A stretch of DNA of 64,000 nucleotides. It comes from Deltaproteobacteria bacterium. GTDB taxonomy: Bacteria > Desulfobacterota > Deferrisomatia > Deferrisomatales > BM512. Made by a program: the position numbers and the translations under genes. The notes beneath the pieces are model-generated. The model was not told the DNA's origin and did not search any database. It worked only from the letters and a program-made list of their open reading frames with translations. Below are positions 37,034-45,903 of the stretch, in pieces. The stretch is taken from positions 174,677-238,676 of the forward strand of contig JAUVAU010000001.1 of NCBI GenBank assembly GCA_030591565.1. Direction: 5' to 3'. Each line of letters begins with the position of its first letter. The stretch's first letter is position 1.

Positions 37034-38041
37034 ATGAAGAATCTACGGTTTCATATCGTCGCGATAACAATGGCGGTCACGTTGGCGGCGGTAATCATGC
37101 ACTACGGAGAGAAAAATAAAGGCTATGAGCAGCGGGTCTTTTCCCTCTCTCGCATGCTGATGGATACCATGGTGTCCATTACCGTGCCGGATATTCCCGA
37201 ACCGGAAGAGGCGATCAACAGGGCTTTTGCCGAGATAGAGCGGGTGGACAAGTTGATGGCCCGCAAGGAGGGCACGCCCCTTTGGACGCTTAACCGGAAT
37301 GGCGGCGGCAAGCTCGACCCTGACCTGGCCGCGGTGGTGGTGAAAGCCCTTGAGTGGGCAGACCGTTCGCAGGGTTCCTTTAGTCCGGCCACGGCGAGAT
37401 TGAATGACCTCTGGGGGTTCAAGGAGGCCGCCCATGCGCCGCCGGATGGGTCCGCCATAAGCGAAGTTCTGGCGCAAAGCGATTGGAAAGAGATGACCCT
37501 TGAGGGCGATCACCTTACCCTTGGCGTCACGGCATTGGACCTTGGCGGCATCGCGAAAGGGTACGCGGTGGACCTGGCGGCAGCATCGCTCGTCAACCAG
37601 GGGGTCAGCGACTTCATAGTGGATGCGGGGGGCGACCTCTTCGTCTCCGGGAGCAAGATAGGAGTACCCTGGCGTGTGGGCATCCGGGACCCGGTTGACG
37701 GCTCCAAGCTCATGATGATCGTTTCACCCCAGGAGGGGGCGCTGGTCACCTCGGGCGACTATGAGCGCTACTTTGATTGGGAGGGTGTTAGATATCACCA
37801 CATCCTCAACCCCGACACCGGCATGCCCGCTCGCGGCGTCACCAGCGTAACGGTCTGGGCGACCACTGCCACCGACGCCGATGCGGCTGCCACCGCTGCT
37901 TTTGTCAAGGGTGTGGCCGATGGCGTGAGCTTTCTTGAAGAACTTGAAAACACCGAGGGCATGATCGTCGGCTCCGACGGCGTGGTCACCAAGACCACCG
38001 GCTTCGACATATACGTGCCGGAGGCCCGGAAGAAGCAATAG
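37034..38041 (+). CDS. apbE: FAD:protein FMN transferase (ApbE family)
   Basis: 335 aa with an N-terminal anchor and the ApbE pattern (MDTMVSITV..., GGIAKGYAVD, SGDYERYF). Confidence 0.85.
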   Translation: MKNLRFHIVAITMAVTLAAVIMHYGEKNKGYEQRVFSLSRMLMDTMVSITVPDIPEPEEAINRAFAEIERVDKLMARKEGTPLWTLNRNGGGKLDPDLAAVVVKALEWADRSQGSFSPATARLNDLWGFKEAAHAPPDGSAISEVLAQSDWKEMTLEGDHLTLGVTALDLGGIAKGYAVDLAAASLVNQGVSDFIVDAGGDLFVSGSKIGVPWRVGIRDPVDGSKLMMIVSPQEGALVTSGDYERYFDWEGVRYHHILNPDTGMPARGVTSVTVWATTATDADAAATAAFVKGVADGVSFLEELENTEGMIVGSDGVVTKTTGFDIYVPEARKKQ

Positions 38042-38057
38042 AGGCCCAGGGGTAGTA

Positions 38058-38323
38058 TTAGGAGGCTCTCCGAAAAACTCTCCCGAAGCGGGGGGGGTAA
38101 CACTAAACAGGACTAAATCGGGCTAAACCGGGCTAACCCGGAGATTTTAGCCGATGTCGGGCAAACCTCCAACTAAGCCGACGATAAACTGGAAGCCCCG
38201 AAGATTCTTCGAGGAGTAGGAAGGGAAGAAAAATGACCGCAGGCATACTGACAGGTATTTCGAGGATCATTTTTCGCCCCTGACGACCTCAATCGGAGGA
38301 TATCCGGGGCTTTTCAACAAGTT
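38058..38323 (+). repeat. Intergenic repeat family, copy R3
   Basis: Near-identical to R2. It has a reiterated G(G/A)CTAAA(T/C)CGG unit and a G8 run. Confidence 0.9.
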
Positions 38324-38335
38324 CATAGAGGTAAC

Positions 38336-38716
38336 ATGCGCCGATCATTCTCTCCCCTCGATCTGGTGGTTATAGGATTGGCGCTGGCGGCGTTTGTCTT
38401 CCTGCCGTCCTTCTTTCGAGGGGAAGGCGTGGCTGACCGCATACGGATCGTCTCCGCCGAGGGAGAGCGAATCGTCCCGCTGGCGGGGGACCGCGAGTTT
38501 TCCCAGAAAGGTCCACTGGGGGAGACGGTCGTGGAGGTCCGGGGCGGCCAGATTCGGATACTCTCAAGCCCCTGCCCCTCAAAGCTCTGCATCAGGATGG
38601 GCTCAATCAGCGACACCGGCTCCACGATAATATGCGCCCCCAACCGTGTGGCGCTGCGGCTGGAGAGTGGTCGCACCACCTCTGGTGGGGAGGATGTGGA
38701 TGCCTACTCCAGATGA
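38336..38716 (+). CDS. NusG domain II-like small membrane-anchored protein
   Basis: 126 aa with an N-terminal TM segment and the pattern ...VEVRGGQIRILSSPCPSKLCIRMGSIS...IICAPNRV. Confidence 0.6.
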   Translation: MRRSFSPLDLVVIGLALAAFVFLPSFFRGEGVADRIRIVSAEGERIVPLAGDREFSQKGPLGETVVEVRGGQIRILSSPCPSKLCIRMGSISDTGSTIICAPNRVALRLESGRTTSGGEDVDAYSR

Positions 38717-39251
38717 ATCCCGTACAGCGAGGGTTGGCCTCTTCATGGCGCTCGCGGCGTTTTTGCAAGCCGCCGAGACGCTATTTCCCACCCCCGTGCC
38801 CTGGTTTCGCCTTGGGCTCGGCAACGCGCTGGTCCTCGCGGCGCTCTACCTCTGGGATGTAAGAGAGGGTGTGTGGGTGGCGATAGGCAAGGTGTTGGTG
38901 GGGGCGCTGGTAACGGGAAGGCTCTTGTCGCCTGGCTTTTTTCTCGCCGCCGGGGGCACCGCCGCTTCCACCGCTGTGATGGCGCTCCTCCTCCATCACC
39001 ACCTCGCAGGCAAGCTGCCGCTGGGCTTCGTCGGCGTCAGCGTGGCGGGGGCTGCGGCCCACGCGTTCACCCAACTCCTTTTGGCTCAAATAGTCTTCAT
39101 AAAGACGCCGGCAATCTGGTCGCTGGCTCCCGTGGTGGGGAGCGCCGCCGTCATCTCGGGGATCATAACCGGCCTGGGGGCGGCCTATCTCTCGAAGGTG
39201 GTGTCGTCCACCAGCACGAATCTTTCTTCCGAGTCGAACGCCCGCCTGTAG
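38694..39251 (+). CDS. Gx-transporter / heptaprenyl-diphosphate-synthase-component-I-like membrane protein
   Basis: The start was taken at MWMPTPDE. It has about five TM helices and the motif FRLGLGNALVLAALY. It is commonly paired with the NusG-II protein. Confidence 0.55.
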   Translation: MWMPTPDESRTARVGLFMALAAFLQAAETLFPTPVPWFRLGLGNALVLAALYLWDVREGVWVAIGKVLVGALVTGRLLSPGFFLAAGGTAASTAVMALLLHHHLAGKLPLGFVGVSVAGAAAHAFTQLLLAQIVFIKTPAIWSLAPVVGSAAVISGIITGLGAAYLSKVVSSTSTNLSSESNARL

Positions 39252-39985
39252 CCCGCCCACACCGCCAGCACCGAACCAAGCGCCGTGGCCGCCGCCACCA
39301 TCATCAGCACGACTATCTGGTAACGCGCCGCCACGATGGGGTTGGTACCCGAGAGTATCTGCCCCGTCATCATTCCCGGTATGAAGACTATCCCGGCGGC
39401 GGTCATGGAGTTGATCGTGGGTATCATCCCCGAGGTCAGCGCCCGTCTCATGCATTGCGCGGCGGCTTCGCGTCCGGTACCCCCCAGCGCAAGCATGGCG
39501 ACGATACGGCCCCGGTCGCTGCGCAGCTCGGAGTAGAGCCGGTCAAGCGCCACCGATACCGCCGTCATCGTGTTGCCGATCACCATGCCCGCAATGGGCA
39601 GCACTATGCGGGGGTCATACCAGGGCTCTGCGCCTATAATGCCCGAGGTCACCGTGGCGGTGACCAGCACAGCAGGAACAGCCAACGCGCCAAGGGCGGT
39701 CAGGAAGACGGGGAAGGGCGGCTTCTCCACCCTGGCCGAGGCGGTCTTGGCGGCGACGACTATCATAATTGCGAGAAACGCCCCCACGACCAAGGGATTG
39801 GTGAGCGCGAAGACCCATTTGAGGACCAGCCCCAGGCAAGTGAGCTGCACGAATGCGCGCAGTCCCGCGACAAGCAGCCTCTTCTCCAACTCCAGCGACA
39901 TCACCAAGGAGAGCCCCCCGGCAGCTAGTAGCAACAGCGCCGCCACTCCCAGGTCGGCGTAGCCCAGAGCTATCGCCCCGTTCAT
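39185..39985 (-). CDS. fetB: FetB/YbbM-like (UPF0014) ABC transporter permease
   Basis: 266 aa, multi-TM, translationally coupled to the upstream ATPase. Its 3' end overlaps the convergent gene by 67 nt. Confidence 0.65.
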   Translation of the reverse strand: MNGAIALGYADLGVAALLLLAAGGLSLVMSLELEKRLLVAGLRAFVQLTCLGLVLKWVFALTNPLVVGAFLAIMIVVAAKTASARVEKPPFPVFLTALGALAVPAVLVTATVTSGIIGAEPWYDPRIVLPIAGMVIGNTMTAVSVALDRLYSELRSDRGRIVAMLALGGTGREAAAQCMRRALTSGMIPTINSMTAAGIVFIPGMMTGQILSGTNPIVAARYQIVVLMMVAAATALGSVLAVWAGYRRAFDSEERFVLVDDTTFER

Positions 39986-40665
39986 CCCAGCTCCTCCAGC
40001 ACACCGCCGGTTATGGTGTAGCGCCTGTCATGGGTCAACCAGGGCGAATCATGGGCAGCCACAACCACGCTTGCCCCCGCGTCGATATAGCGGCTCACCA
40101 TCCGGGTAACGTATTTTTTTGAACTCTCATCGAGGTTGGCGGTTGGCTCGTCCAGCAGGAGGATGGAGGGGGCAGCCAACAGCGCCCTCGCCAGCGTCAA
40201 CCTGCCAACCTCACCCAGGCTAAGCGCAGAGGTGGGCCTCTCCAGCGGGTAGTCCAGCCCCAGCTCCGCCAGTTGGCTCTCCATCGCGGTGGTGGTGGGT
40301 TGGGGCGTCCCGCTCCTTGCAGCGAGGGTGAAGGGAAGTGAGAGCGCTGCGCGCAGTGTCTCGCCCAGGGGCTGTGGAGGCTGGCCGCTGTAGAGAACCT
40401 CTTTTCGCCATGCGCTGGGAGGAATCTCCGTTGCCCTCACGGTGCCGAGTTGGAGGACTCCGCTGTAGGGGATGAGGCGGGCCAGGGCCAGCAGGAAGGA
40501 GGTCTTTCCGCCGCCGGAGGGTGAGGAGAGCAGGACCAGTTCGCCGGGATTTACTGCGAAGGCGGGGGCGTTGACTATCACTTTGCCACCGCGATAGACT
40601 TCTAGCCCCTCGGCCCAGAGTCCGTTGATTTTGATCTCCGGGCCAGGGATTGGGAGGCCGGTCAT
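39982..40665 (-). CDS. fetA: FetA-like ABC transporter ATP-binding protein
   Basis: The start was taken at MTGLPIPG. It has Walker A SPSGGGKTS, the signature LSLGEVGR and Walker B LLLDEPT. Confidence 0.7.
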   Translation of the reverse strand: MTGLPIPGPEIKINGLWAEGLEVYRGGKVIVNAPAFAVNPGELVLLSSPSGGGKTSFLLALARLIPYSGVLQLGTVRATEIPPSAWRKEVLYSGQPPQPLGETLRAALSLPFTLAARSGTPQPTTTAMESQLAELGLDYPLERPTSALSLGEVGRLTLARALLAAPSILLLDEPTANLDESSKKYVTRMVSRYIDAGASVVVAAHDSPWLTHDRRYTITGGVLEELG

Positions 40666-40675
40666 GGCTGCGCGT

Positions 40676-41329
40676 CTATGAGGAGACTGCTGGGTTGTGC
40701 AGGGTTCCCGAAGCCGGGCTCTGGGGATCGAGCACCACGCGCCTGCCCACAATCTTTAGCCTTCCCTCGGCGAGGTATTGCAGCGCCTGGGGGTAGATGC
40801 GGTGCTCTTCCCTCAGGATTCTCGCGCCAAGGGTCTTGGCCGTGTCGTCGTCGCGGATGGGGACCACCGCCTGGATGATGATGGGGCCGGTGTCCATCCC
40901 CTCGTCGACGAAGTGAACGGTGCAGCCGGAAAACTTCGCGCCGTGGTCTATTGCATCCTGCTGCACGCCCGTGCCGGGGAAGGAGGGTAGCAAGGCAGGA
41001 TGGATGTTGATAACCCTCAGGGGGAAAGCGTCGAGCAGCACCGGGGTGACCATAAGCAGGTACCCCGCCAGCGCCACGGTGTCCACGCCATGCTTTTTAA
41101 GGGCGGCCACTACCTTCTCATCGTGGGCTTCACGGGTGGAGTCGCGGTCCAGCTCCACCACCTCGGTGGCGATGCCCGACAATTTGCCGCGCTCCAGCGC
41201 GTAGGCCTCCGGGTTGTCGCTGAGGATTACGGCTATCTCACCGTCCAGCCTTCCTTCCTTCACCGCATTGATGATCGATTGAAGGTTGGAACCGGAACCC
41301 GATGCGATGACCCCCAGCTTGAGACCCAT
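40676..41329 (-). CDS. purN: Phosphoribosylglycinamide formyltransferase
   Basis: 217 aa with N-terminal GVIASGSGSNLQ and the motif INIHPALLPSFPG. Confidence 0.9.
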   Translation of the reverse strand: MGLKLGVIASGSGSNLQSIINAVKEGRLDGEIAVILSDNPEAYALERGKLSGIATEVVELDRDSTREAHDEKVVAALKKHGVDTVALAGYLLMVTPVLLDAFPLRVINIHPALLPSFPGTGVQQDAIDHGAKFSGCTVHFVDEGMDTGPIIIQAVVPIRDDDTAKTLGARILREEHRIYPQALQYLAEGRLKIVGRRVVLDPQSPASGTLHNPAVSS

Positions 41330-42384
41330 TACACATTCTCCTCCCAGATGGGACAGAAATCATCCTTCTTCTCGTCGATCCTGCCGATGAGCCACGCTTG
41401 CTCGCCCAATGAATTGAGGCGCTCCATGACGTCGGATACCTGGGACTCGGGCACCACCAGCGCCATGCCGATGCCGCAGTTGAAGGTGCGGTAGAGGTCT
41501 TCCTCGGGGACGTTGCCCTCTTTTTCAATGAGCCTGAAGATCGGGGGGACCTCCCAGCTCTTCCGGTCGATCACGGCGCAGCAACCATAGGGCAGCACGC
41601 GGGGCAGATTTTCGGGCAGGCCGCCGCCGGTTATGTGGGCCACGCCCTTTAGCGCGAAGTCGCGCTTGATGTTCAATACGGTGCGCACGTAGATGCGGGT
41701 GGGCTTTAAAAGCTCTTCACCCAGGGTGCAATCCAGTCCCGGAGGGGTCTCGTCCAGCCCGTAGCCACCTTTTTTTTTCAGCAGCACCTTCCTTACCAGG
41801 GAGTACCCGTTGGAGTGGAGTCCCGAGGAGGACAGCCCGATGATGCGGTCGCCCACGGTGATGGAGGAGCCGTCAATGATCTGGTCCCGGTCGGCTATGC
41901 CCACCGAGAAGCCCGCCAGATCGTATTCACCTTTCGGGTACATGCCCGGCATCTCGGCGGTCTCGCCGCCCACCAGCGAGCAGTTGGCCTCTATGCAGCC
42001 ATCGGCGATCCCCTTGATGACGGACTCGGCAACACCCTCGTCCAGCTTGCCGGTGGCGAAGTAGTCGAGGAAGAAGAGCGGCTCCGCGCCGCCCACGATC
42101 ACGTCGTTGACGCACATCGCCACCAGGTCGATGCCCACGGTGTCGTGTTTGCCGGTCATGAAGGCGAGCTTCAGCTTGGTCCCGACGCCGTCGGTTGAGC
42201 TGACCAGTACCGGGTTCTCGTAGGGGGTGTCGGCCAGGGAGACCAGCGCCCCGAAGCCGCCCACGTTGCTCATAACCTCGGCTCTCAGGGTGGGTTTCAC
42301 CAGCTTGCCGATTGCCTTGACCAGCCGATTGCCCGCGTCGATATCGACCCCGGCGTCCTTGTACGTGGTAGTGGTTTTTGCCAT
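41329..42384 (-). CDS. purM: Phosphoribosylformylglycinamidine cyclo-ligase
   Basis: 351 aa with N-terminal YKDAGVDIDAGN and the motif DGVGTKLK. Confidence 0.95.
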   Translation of the reverse strand: MAKTTTTYKDAGVDIDAGNRLVKAIGKLVKPTLRAEVMSNVGGFGALVSLADTPYENPVLVSSTDGVGTKLKLAFMTGKHDTVGIDLVAMCVNDVIVGGAEPLFFLDYFATGKLDEGVAESVIKGIADGCIEANCSLVGGETAEMPGMYPKGEYDLAGFSVGIADRDQIIDGSSITVGDRIIGLSSSGLHSNGYSLVRKVLLKKKGGYGLDETPPGLDCTLGEELLKPTRIYVRTVLNIKRDFALKGVAHITGGGLPENLPRVLPYGCCAVIDRKSWEVPPIFRLIEKEGNVPEEDLYRTFNCGIGMALVVPESQVSDVMERLNSLGEQAWLIGRIDEKKDDFCPIWEENV

Positions 42385-42500
42385 TTTGTATCCATTTTCA
42401 GGCCGGGTGTGGGATTGAACCCGGAGCGTTGATTGACGGTAATGTACAAGCCTATATTAACCCCCGTGTAGGGTCAATAAAAGGAGCCAAAGGTAGCGCC

Positions 42501-42620
42501 GCAGATCGCTGACAAACTCCGCCTTTTATCCGATTGACGGTGTCAGCCTAAAAAAATGATCCTCGAAATACTTATCGGTATGCCTGCGGTCATTTTTTTT
42601 AAGCTTCCTACTTCTCGAAT
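42501..42620 (-). repeat. Intergenic repeat family, partial copy R5
   Basis: It shares the CAGATCGCTGACAAA prefix with R6 and the ...CCGATTGAC...GATCCTCGAAATACTTATCGGTATGCCTGCGGTCAT core with R4. Confidence 0.75.
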
Positions 42621-42806
42621 AAAAATCAAAGTTTACAGCAATCTGTCAGGATGGGCCGAGTTTACCGAATGAAAGGAGAGAAGGGGCGATTCCTTTGAAA
42701 ATTGCCCCTTCTTGACTTTGCCAACAGCTTGGGCACCAAAGGTAGCGCGCTGAGCGTGCAAAATGTAGAATCGTTTCTGGACCAACCACCATGGAGCGAA
42801 CGAGAG

Positions 42807-43592
42807 ATGACCCCAGAGCGCAGCAACCCCCAGGAACAATTCAGGGTAGCCACCATAGGCACCGGGTGCTGCATCCCCCAGCCCGGCCGCAACGGCAGTT
42901 GCACCCTTGTCAGCGCGGCGGGGGTGAAGATCGTCATTGATCTGGGGCTTGGTTCGCTCGTGGGGCTGGTGGAAAAGGGGGTGAGCCATAGAGACATTGA
43001 CCTCTTGCTCTTCACCCACACCCACGTGGACCACACCGCCGAGCTTGCCTCCATGCTTTTCGCGGCCAACTATGATGAAGAGGTTCGCACCCGCACCCTG
43101 ACCATGGTCGGCACAGCTGGCTTCAACACATTCTTCGCCGACCTCGCCGGGGTCTACGGCAGGTGGGGCGAGCCCCAAAACTACCGCCGCGAAGTGGTGG
43201 AGATTATCCCGGGGGCGCTCTTTGAGGCTGGCCGGGTAGCAATCAACACCCTGCCGGTCAACCATGACCCCACCAGCGTCGCTTATCGCATCAGCCTTGG
43301 AGACAAAAGCGTCACGATAACAGGCGACACCGGCCCTACCGAGGGGTTGGCCGGGTTTGCGCGGGGGTGCGACCTCTTGATCTGCGAAGCGAGCCTGCCC
43401 GATGGAACCGAGACCGACTACCACATGAACGCCCGCCAGGCCGGTGCGCTGGCCCGCGAGGCCGGGGTGGAGCAGCTGGTGCTCACCCACTTCTACCCCT
43501 CAAGCGAAGAGGGGGACCCCGCCCTGGTCGCAAAGGAAGAATTCAGCGGCCCGGTCACGGTGGCCCGGGACGGGATGGAGTTCGTTTTATAG
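42807..43592 (+). CDS. MBL-fold metallo-hydrolase (RNase Z-like)
   Basis: The motif HTHVDH is present. The start is uncertain; the ORF track offers 42702. Confidence 0.7.
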   Translation: MTPERSNPQEQFRVATIGTGCCIPQPGRNGSCTLVSAAGVKIVIDLGLGSLVGLVEKGVSHRDIDLLLFTHTHVDHTAELASMLFAANYDEEVRTRTLTMVGTAGFNTFFADLAGVYGRWGEPQNYRREVVEIIPGALFEAGRVAINTLPVNHDPTSVAYRISLGDKSVTITGDTGPTEGLAGFARGCDLLICEASLPDGTETDYHMNARQAGALAREAGVEQLVLTHFYPSSEEGDPALVAKEEFSGPVTVARDGMEFVL

Positions 43593-43619
43593 AAAGTGGG
43601 GATAAATAAAGGGGTTAAT

Positions 43620-43650
43620 AAAAAAAGGGCTCACGAGGAACCCTTTTTTC
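43620..43650. terminator. Probable bidirectional terminator between the MBL gene and htpG
   Basis: An A-run, an imperfect GGGCTC-acga-GGAACCC hairpin and TTTTTT lie between convergent genes. Confidence 0.45.
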
Positions 43651-43659
43651 TGGTTTGTC

Positions 43660-45585
43660 TTAGCTGCCAATCGCCTTCGCGGCCAGCTCCGCCATGGATT
43701 TTGCGAAGGTCGCCGGATTCTCCAGCTTGGCCCCTTCGCCTATGCAGGCCAGGTCCAGCAGGACTTTTGCGTATCTGCCCAACTCTGCATTGTCGCCACC
43801 TTCGGCGCGCAGCTTGTCAATCGCCTGGACGAAGGGGTGGTCCGGGTTGATTTCCAGAACCCGTTTGTCGTCGCCAAAACCCTGGCCCGAGGCCTTGAGC
43901 ATCTTCATCATCATCGCGCTCATGTCACCGTCGCTGCCCGACAAGCACGCCGCCGAGTCGGTCAGACGCTTTGAGATGCGCACGTCTTTGACATTGTCCT
44001 TCAACGACTCCTTGAAGAACTCCACCAGCTCGGAGTTTTCTTTCTCCGCGTCCTCTTTGTCTTCATCCCCAAGGGTGAGGTCGCCCTTCTCGGCGCTCTT
44101 GAATTTCTTGCCCCCGAACTCGCCCATCGCGTCGGTGACGAACTCGTCGATCGGCTCGGACATGAGGATGATCTCGTAGTCCAGGGATTTCAGCTTCTCA
44201 AGGTGAGGATTGTCGGCCAGCGATTGTGCGTTGTCGCCGGTGATGAAGTAGATATGTTCCTGGTCTTCCTTCATGTTGGCGACGTACTGGTCCAGGCTGA
44301 TATTCCCGTCGCCCGACTTGGTGGTGGGGTAGCGCAGCAGCTTGGAGATCCGCTCGCGCTGCTCGGGGTCGGTGTGAATACCTTCTTTCAGGACGATGCC
44401 GAACTCCTTGTAGAAGGTCGCGTAGTCCTCTTCGCTCAACCCGGCCAGATGGTCGAGTACCTTGCGGGTGAGCGACTTCCTGATCGCCCTGACGATGCGG
44501 TCCTCCTGGAGGATTTCGCGGCTGACGTTCAGGTTGAGGTCCGCCGAGTCTACGACGCCCTTGAGGAACCTGAGGTAGTCGGGCACCAACTCTTTGCAGT
44601 CGTTCATGATGAAGACGCGGCGCGAGTAGAGCTGTATGCCATGCTTTCTATCCGGCATGAAGAGGTCCATCGGGCGTGTGGTCGGAATGTAAATCAGCGC
44701 GTCGAACTCGGTGCCACCCTCCAGCTTCAGGTGCAGGCGGGAGAGCGGGTTGGTCCAGTCGTGGGCGACGTGTTTGTAGAAATCGTTGTACTCCTCTTCT
44801 TCCACTTCGGACTTGTGCCGTGCCCAGATCGCCTTCATGGAGTTGAGCACATCGGCCTTCACCACCGTCTCGGTCTGGCCCTCTTTGGGTTTGCCCTCAT
44901 CGTCGAGCACCGGTTCCTGGCGCTCCACCTCCATCACAACGGGGTAGGAGACGAAGTCGGAGTGGCGCTTGACTGTTTCGCGCAGCGTCCACTCATTGGT
45001 GTAGGTGGGTTCATCCTCTTCGGGGGCGCGCAGGTGAAGTATTACCGAAGTGCCGCGTTCCTCCCTCTCTGTTTCTTCCACGGTGTAGGAGCCGGTGCCG
45101 TCGGACTCCCACTTGACGCCGCTCTCCGAGCCGGCCGCGCGGGTGACGACGGTGATCTTGTCGGCCACCATGAAGGCGGAGTAGAAGCCCACGCCGAACT
45201 GGCCTATCAGCTCGGGGGCCAGCACGCCTGATTCCTTGGCCTGCTTTATCGCATCGTAGAACTCTGAGCTGCCGCTACGCGCGATGGTGCCGATATTCTC
45301 CACTACTTCGTCAAAGGTCATGCCGATGCCATTGTCGCGCACCTCAAGGGTGCCCGCCGTTGCGTCGGGGATGATCTCGATCTTGAACTCGTTGTCGTCG
45401 CCGGTGAGTTCCGGGTTGGTCTGCGCCTTGAATTTCAGCTTGTCGATGGCGTCGGAACTGTTGGAGATAAGCTCGCGAAGGAATATCTCTTTATTTGAAT
45501 AAAGAGAGTGGATTATGAGGTCCAGCAGCTCGCTGACTTCAGTTTTGAATTTGCGGGTGGATTTTTTGCCTGCCATTTTGCTCAT
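43660..45585 (-). CDS. htpG: Molecular chaperone HtpG (Hsp90)
   Basis: 641 aa with N-terminal ELISNSSDAIDK and the GQFGVGFYS ATPase motifs. Confidence 0.95.
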   Translation of the reverse strand: MSKMAGKKSTRKFKTEVSELLDLIIHSLYSNKEIFLRELISNSSDAIDKLKFKAQTNPELTGDDNEFKIEIIPDATAGTLEVRDNGIGMTFDEVVENIGTIARSGSSEFYDAIKQAKESGVLAPELIGQFGVGFYSAFMVADKITVVTRAAGSESGVKWESDGTGSYTVEETEREERGTSVILHLRAPEEDEPTYTNEWTLRETVKRHSDFVSYPVVMEVERQEPVLDDEGKPKEGQTETVVKADVLNSMKAIWARHKSEVEEEEYNDFYKHVAHDWTNPLSRLHLKLEGGTEFDALIYIPTTRPMDLFMPDRKHGIQLYSRRVFIMNDCKELVPDYLRFLKGVVDSADLNLNVSREILQEDRIVRAIRKSLTRKVLDHLAGLSEEDYATFYKEFGIVLKEGIHTDPEQRERISKLLRYPTTKSGDGNISLDQYVANMKEDQEHIYFITGDNAQSLADNPHLEKLKSLDYEIILMSEPIDEFVTDAMGEFGGKKFKSAEKGDLTLGDEDKEDAEKENSELVEFFKESLKDNVKDVRISKRLTDSAACLSGSDGDMSAMMMKMLKASGQGFGDDKRVLEINPDHPFVQAIDKLRAEGGDNAELGRYAKVLLDLACIGEGAKLENPATFAKSMAELAAKAIGS

Positions 45586-45903
45586 TTCCTCCTGCCAGGT
45601 GGCCTGAACGGCCAGTGCCCGGTGATTAGTGCCCAGTGATTAGTGTACACACAGTCTGGTGGTTAACTATTAAACTTGAAGCCCCCCTGCTAGCCTTGAA
45701 AAAGGGGGGCTTCATTATCGGGTCCGCCCTTGGGGGGGGACTCGCTGTTACCGTCTTCAGTTTCCTCCAGGGTGAAAATAACCACTCACGAAACGGTGTC
45801 AACCCATCTATCGCGCTAAAGCTGTTGCGCGAATTCGCGCAGAGGGGTTACCATGTCCATCCGCATTTTTACTGAATTACAAGCCTTGTGAGGTGCTTTC
45901 GAG

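Noticed and set aside
817-45231. Other long shadow or overlapping ORFs: 817..1731, 3760..4752, 17509..18525, 19275..20207, 20729..21775, 35339..36463, 38781..39455, 38873..39928, 42633..43490 and 44203..45231.
   Set aside because: Each lies antisense to, or out of frame with, a gene that has a clear family signature (pepF, rsmB, gpmI, lapB, selB/fdhD, rimO, fetB/Gx, MBL hydrolase, htpG). All show the biased composition of non-coding frames in GC-rich DNA.
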